Positions 61,197 through 64,000 of a stretch of DNA of 64,000 nucleotides are shown here, piece after piece. Source of the DNA: an uncultured Bacteroidales bacterium (GTDB taxonomy: Bacteria > Bacteroidota > Bacteroidia > Bacteroidales > FEN-979). The notes under the pieces were generated by a model. It saw only the letters and a program-made list of their open reading frames with translations. It was not told the origin of the DNA and made no database searches. Location: assembly GCA_903913885.1 (NCBI GenBank), contig CAIWMX010000011.1:13512-77511 (forward strand), read 5' to 3'. Positions within the stretch are counted from its first letter, which is position 1, and each line of letters begins with the position of its first letter. Made by a program: the position numbers and the translations under genes.

Positions 61197-64000
61197 ATGC
61201 AACAGATCAGCGTCACAATAAACGGCAGGCCATACCAGTTCCTGGCAGGCGACCACGAAATGCTGTCGCACCTGATCCGGGAAAAAGCGGGCCTTACCGG
61301 CACGAAGGTCGGTTGCGAACAGGGAAGCTGCGGCGCCTGTACCGTGCTGCTGAACGGCAAAGCCGTGCTGAGCTGCATCACGCCGGCCATGCGCGCCCAC
61401 CAGGCCGAAATCACCACCATCGAAGCGCTTGCCATGAACGGCCAGCTGCATAAACTCCAGGAAAAGTTTGTTGACAAGGGTGCCATCCAGTGCGGATTCT
61501 GCACACCAGGGATGGTGATGACTGCGCTCAGCCTGGCTCCGGAACTGGATAGTGAAGCAGATATTCCCGCCCTGATCCACCGGATAAAAAAAGGATTATC
61601 CGGGAATCTCTGCAGGTGCACCGGCTATAAAAAAATCATTGAAGCCGTATCTGAATATGTTCTTGAAACCGCCGGTAAAAACCCGGAAATCCGGGAACCC
61701 GCCCTGCAACCTGCGACAGGTGCAGTTGGCGTTCCGCGGCCATACATCGAGGCTGCAAAGAAAGTCAGGGGCGTGGCTGAATATGCCGATGACATCGCTT
61801 CAAAAAACGCCCTGCACTGCAAATTCCTGCGCAGCATCCACCCGCATGCCCTGATAGAAGGGATCGACCTCACGGATGCCCTGGGCCTGCCCGGCGTTCA
61901 CGCCATTGCCACCGGGAAAGAGTTGCCAGGGAAGTTTGGCGTTCTTCCTGTTTCACAGGATGAGACTGCCATGGCGGTGGACAAAGTGCGTTACGCCGGT
62001 GAAATTGTGGCTGCCGTTGCCGCCGACACGGAAGAGATTGCCGATGCAGCCTGCAGGCTCATCAAAGTAAGCTTCCGGCCCATCCGGGCGTTTCTGACCA
62101 TCGACGATTCGCTGAATGATGCCGGGGAATCGGAAAAAATCCATGATACCGGTAAATTCAACAACAACATTCACAAGAAAGTGGAACTGCGCTTCGGCGA
62201 TCAGCGGAAGGGACTGGAGGAGGCGGATATGACGGCAAAGATGTCGTTCGAATTCGACGGCCTGAGCCACGGTTTCACTGAACCTCATGCGGCTACAGCG
62301 TATTGGGATGAAAACGGCCTCACCATCATCACAGCGACCCAGGTGCCGCATTACCTTCACCGCGCCCTTGCCAAAGTACTGGAGGTCCCGCTGAGCCGCG
62401 TCCGCGTCATAAAACCTTACCTGGGTGGCGGATTTGGCGGAAAAAGCGATCCTTTCCCCCACGAGATCATCGTCGCGCATCTCGCCCGTAAAACCGGCAG
62501 GCCGGTCAGGGTGAGGCTCTCCCGCGAAGAGGTGTTTCTCACCAACCACGGAAGGCACCCCTCGAAAATGACCGTGGAAATGGGTATTTCGGCCGAGGGC
62601 ATCATCCGGGTGCTTGATGCCGATGTCGCCATCGACGGCGGCGCCTACGGCAGTTTCGGTGTGGTGACCTCCTACTACAACGGCGTATTGCTGCAGGCGC
62701 CCTACAAACTTGACAATTTCGGGTTCCGCACCTATCGCGTTTATACCAACAAACCGCAATGCGGCGCAATGCGCGGGCATGGCGCCGTGAATCCGCGTTT
62801 TGCCGTGGAGTCGCTTATCGACGACCTGGCACGCCGCATCAACATGGATCCCTGCACGTTAAGGATGAAAAATTTCCTTGATTCCAACACCCTCACCGTG
62901 GGTCAGTACCGGATTACTTCCAATGGAAGCAGCGAATCGCTCGAAAAAGTGATGGAACAATCGCGCTGGCGGGAACGGATCGGGAAAATGGAGAAAGGCC
63001 GGGGACTTGGCGTGGCCTGCGGCTTCTTCATCAGCGGCAGCGCTCTTCCCATCATCTGGAACGAACTGCCGCAATCGGTGGTGCATTTAAAGGTTGATTT
63101 TGACGGCCGGGTGCTCGTTACCTCCGGCGCCAGCGACATCGGCCAGGGCAGCGATACCATGCTGGCCATCATCGTCTCCGAGGTGCTGGGCATCGCGATG
63201 GATAACATATTCGTGCTCGCGGCCGACACCCTGCTCACACCGGTTGATCTTGGCAGTTATTCGAGCCGGGTTACCTTTATGGCCGGCAACGCCGCAAAGG
63301 ATGCCGCTGAGCAGCTGAAAACGGAGATCAGCCGGGCGTTTACGAAGAAGTTCAATATCGGTGCGGAAGATCTTATTTTTTCCGAAAACCGGGTATTCAG
63401 CCACGATAAAACGGTTGATTGCTCATGGATGGAGGCGGTTGATATCCTGACAGCCAAACGGGGCGCCGTAAGCGTGAGTGGAAAATATATCTCCCCGAAG
63501 CTCGGCGGCGATTTTAAAGGTGCCGGCGCCGGGCTGAGCCCCTCCTACACGTTCGGGGCCTGCATTTCCGAAGTGGAGGTGGATGAGGAAACGGGTTACG
63601 TGAAAGTCACGCAGGTTTGGGGAGCCCACGATTGCGGCAAGGCGCTGAACCCGCTGGCCGTTGAAGGACAGCTGGAAGGTTCGTGGCACATGGGGACCGG
63701 CCAGGCGATCAGCGAGCAGATGACCTACAGCAAGGGGTTGCTGTTCAACAACAATTTCCTGGAATACAAGATCCCGACAACCCTTGATACCCCCGACATC
63801 CATGCCAGCATCATCGAAACCATCGATCCTGAGGGACCCTTTGGCGCAAAGGAAGCCGGCGAAGGAGCCATCCACCCGGTGATCCCGGCCATCGCCAACG
63901 CGGTTTTCAACGCGGTAGGCGTACGGATCACCCGGTTGCCCATCCAGGCTGAGGAGATCCTGGCAAAGATGAAAGAGAACAGGATCTCCGAAGCAAAAAT
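61197..64000 (+). CDS. xanthine-dehydrogenase-family molybdoenzyme with the 2x[2Fe-2S] subunit and the molybdopterin subunit fused (Mop-like aldehyde oxidoreductase architecture); the 3' end is at or beyond the window edge
   Basis: Absent from the ORF track because there is no stop in the window. My translation from the ATG at 61197 is open to 64000 (934 codons): MQQISVTINGRPYQF..GCEQGSCGACTVLLNG..IQCGFCTPGM..NLCRCTGY.. continues without a stop into ..RPYIEAAKKVRG..ITATQVPH..PYLGGGFGGK..QCGAMRGHG..GQGSDTML..FGAKEAGEG.. No FAD-domain segment lies between the Fe-S and Moco parts. Confidence 0.85.
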   Translation, partial: MQQISVTINGRPYQFLAGDHEMLSHLIREKAGLTGTKVGCEQGSCGACTVLLNGKAVLSCITPAMRAHQAEITTIEALAMNGQLHKLQEKFVDKGAIQCGFCTPGMVMTALSLAPELDSEADIPALIHRIKKGLSGNLCRCTGYKKIIEAVSEYVLETAGKNPEIREPALQPATGAVGVPRPYIEAAKKVRGVAEYADDIASKNALHCKFLRSIHPHALIEGIDLTDALGLPGVHAIATGKELPGKFGVLPVSQDETAMAVDKVRYAGEIVAAVAADTEEIADAACRLIKVSFRPIRAFLTIDDSLNDAGESEKIHDTGKFNNNIHKKVELRFGDQRKGLEEADMTAKMSFEFDGLSHGFTEPHAATAYWDENGLTIITATQVPHYLHRALAKVLEVPLSRVRVIKPYLGGGFGGKSDPFPHEIIVAHLARKTGRPVRVRLSREEVFLTNHGRHPSKMTVEMGISAEGIIRVLDADVAIDGGAYGSFGVVTSYYNGVLLQAPYKLDNFGFRTYRVYTNKPQCGAMRGHGAVNPRFAVESLIDDLARRINMDPCTLRMKNFLDSNTLTVGQYRITSNGSSESLEKVMEQSRWRERIGKMEKGRGLGVACGFFISGSALPIIWNELPQSVVHLKVDFDGRVLVTSGASDIGQGSDTMLAIIVSEVLGIAMDNIFVLAADTLLTPVDLGSYSSRVTFMAGNAAKDAAEQLKTEISRAFTKKFNIGAEDLIFSENRVFSHDKTVDCSWMEAVDILTAKRGAVSVSGKYISPKLGGDFKGAGAGLSPSYTFGACISEVEVDEETGYVKVTQVWGAHDCGKALNPLAVEGQLEGSWHMGTGQAISEQMTYSKGLLFNNNFLEYKIPTTLDTPDIHASIIETIDPEGPFGAKEAGEGAIHPVIPAIANAVFNAVGVRITRLPIQAEEILAKMKENRISEAK

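Noticed and set aside
1-64000. Search by eye for tRNA, rRNA, integrase, transposase, phage or toxin-antitoxin genes that would mark a mobile island around the aromatic operon or the NACHT gene
   Set aside because: None were recognised. All ORFs of at least 60 aa are accounted for as genes or shadows. Horizontal origin of the 39-41 kb gene and the 28.2-28.7 kb patch is suggested only by composition, which I could not quantify.

Overview
This 64-kb window comes from a genome that looks like Bacteroidota or another FCB-group lineage. The basis is several T9SS type-A C-terminal sorting domains, TonB, TAnnTTTG-type promoter boxes, and LruC and DUF3857 families. GC is moderately high by eye. I saw no rRNA, tRNA, CRISPR array, integrase or transposase.

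Layout:
- 1-3.1 kb: nuoA-B-C-D-E on the minus strand. nuoE runs off the left edge and is absent from the ORF track.
- 3.3-26 kb: mixed housekeeping and accessory genes, mostly on the minus strand. They include a GH29 fucosidase, an LruC-domain protein with a lipoprotein, an Hpt protein with a sigma54-dependent response regulator, an exported SOD with an extra C-terminal domain, a DUF2339-like membrane protein, a C25 peptidase, SDR, DUF1697 and DUF2867 proteins, a GNAT, TfoX, a Gfo/Idh/MocA oxidoreductase, an MBL hydrolase, an OM beta-barrel protein and a DAACS transporter.
- 26.4-38.6 kb: a surface-protein island. It holds three T9SS cargo proteins, a protein with a dockerin-type double EF-hand tail, two DUF3857/transglutaminase-like proteins, a small CTERM-like anchored peptide and YciI.
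- 39.2-41.4 kb: a single gene, AT-richer than its flanks, encoding a membrane-anchored NACHT NTPase fused to an FGE-sulfatase (SUMF1) domain.
- 42.6-64 kb: a 15-gene plus-strand operon that reads as a complete ATP-dependent (class I, Thauera-type) benzoyl-CoA pathway. It contains bcrCBAD, dch, had, oah, beta-oxidation genes and glutaryl-CoA dehydrogenase. It also carries an ADP-forming acyl-CoA synthetase, a ketopantoate-reductase-family gene, a second ATP-driven module of the homodimeric 2-hydroxyacyl-CoA-dehydratase / double-cubane type, and a fused 2Fe-2S/molybdopterin oxidoreductase that runs off the right edge and is also absent from the ORF track.

Many intergenic gaps are filled by short tandem repeats with 7, 8, 9, 18, 31 and 51 nt units and by GC-rich hairpin elements. 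One 18-nt repeat also sits in frame inside the GNAT gene.

All functional calls rest on motif and architecture recognition by eye. No alignments or database searches were run.
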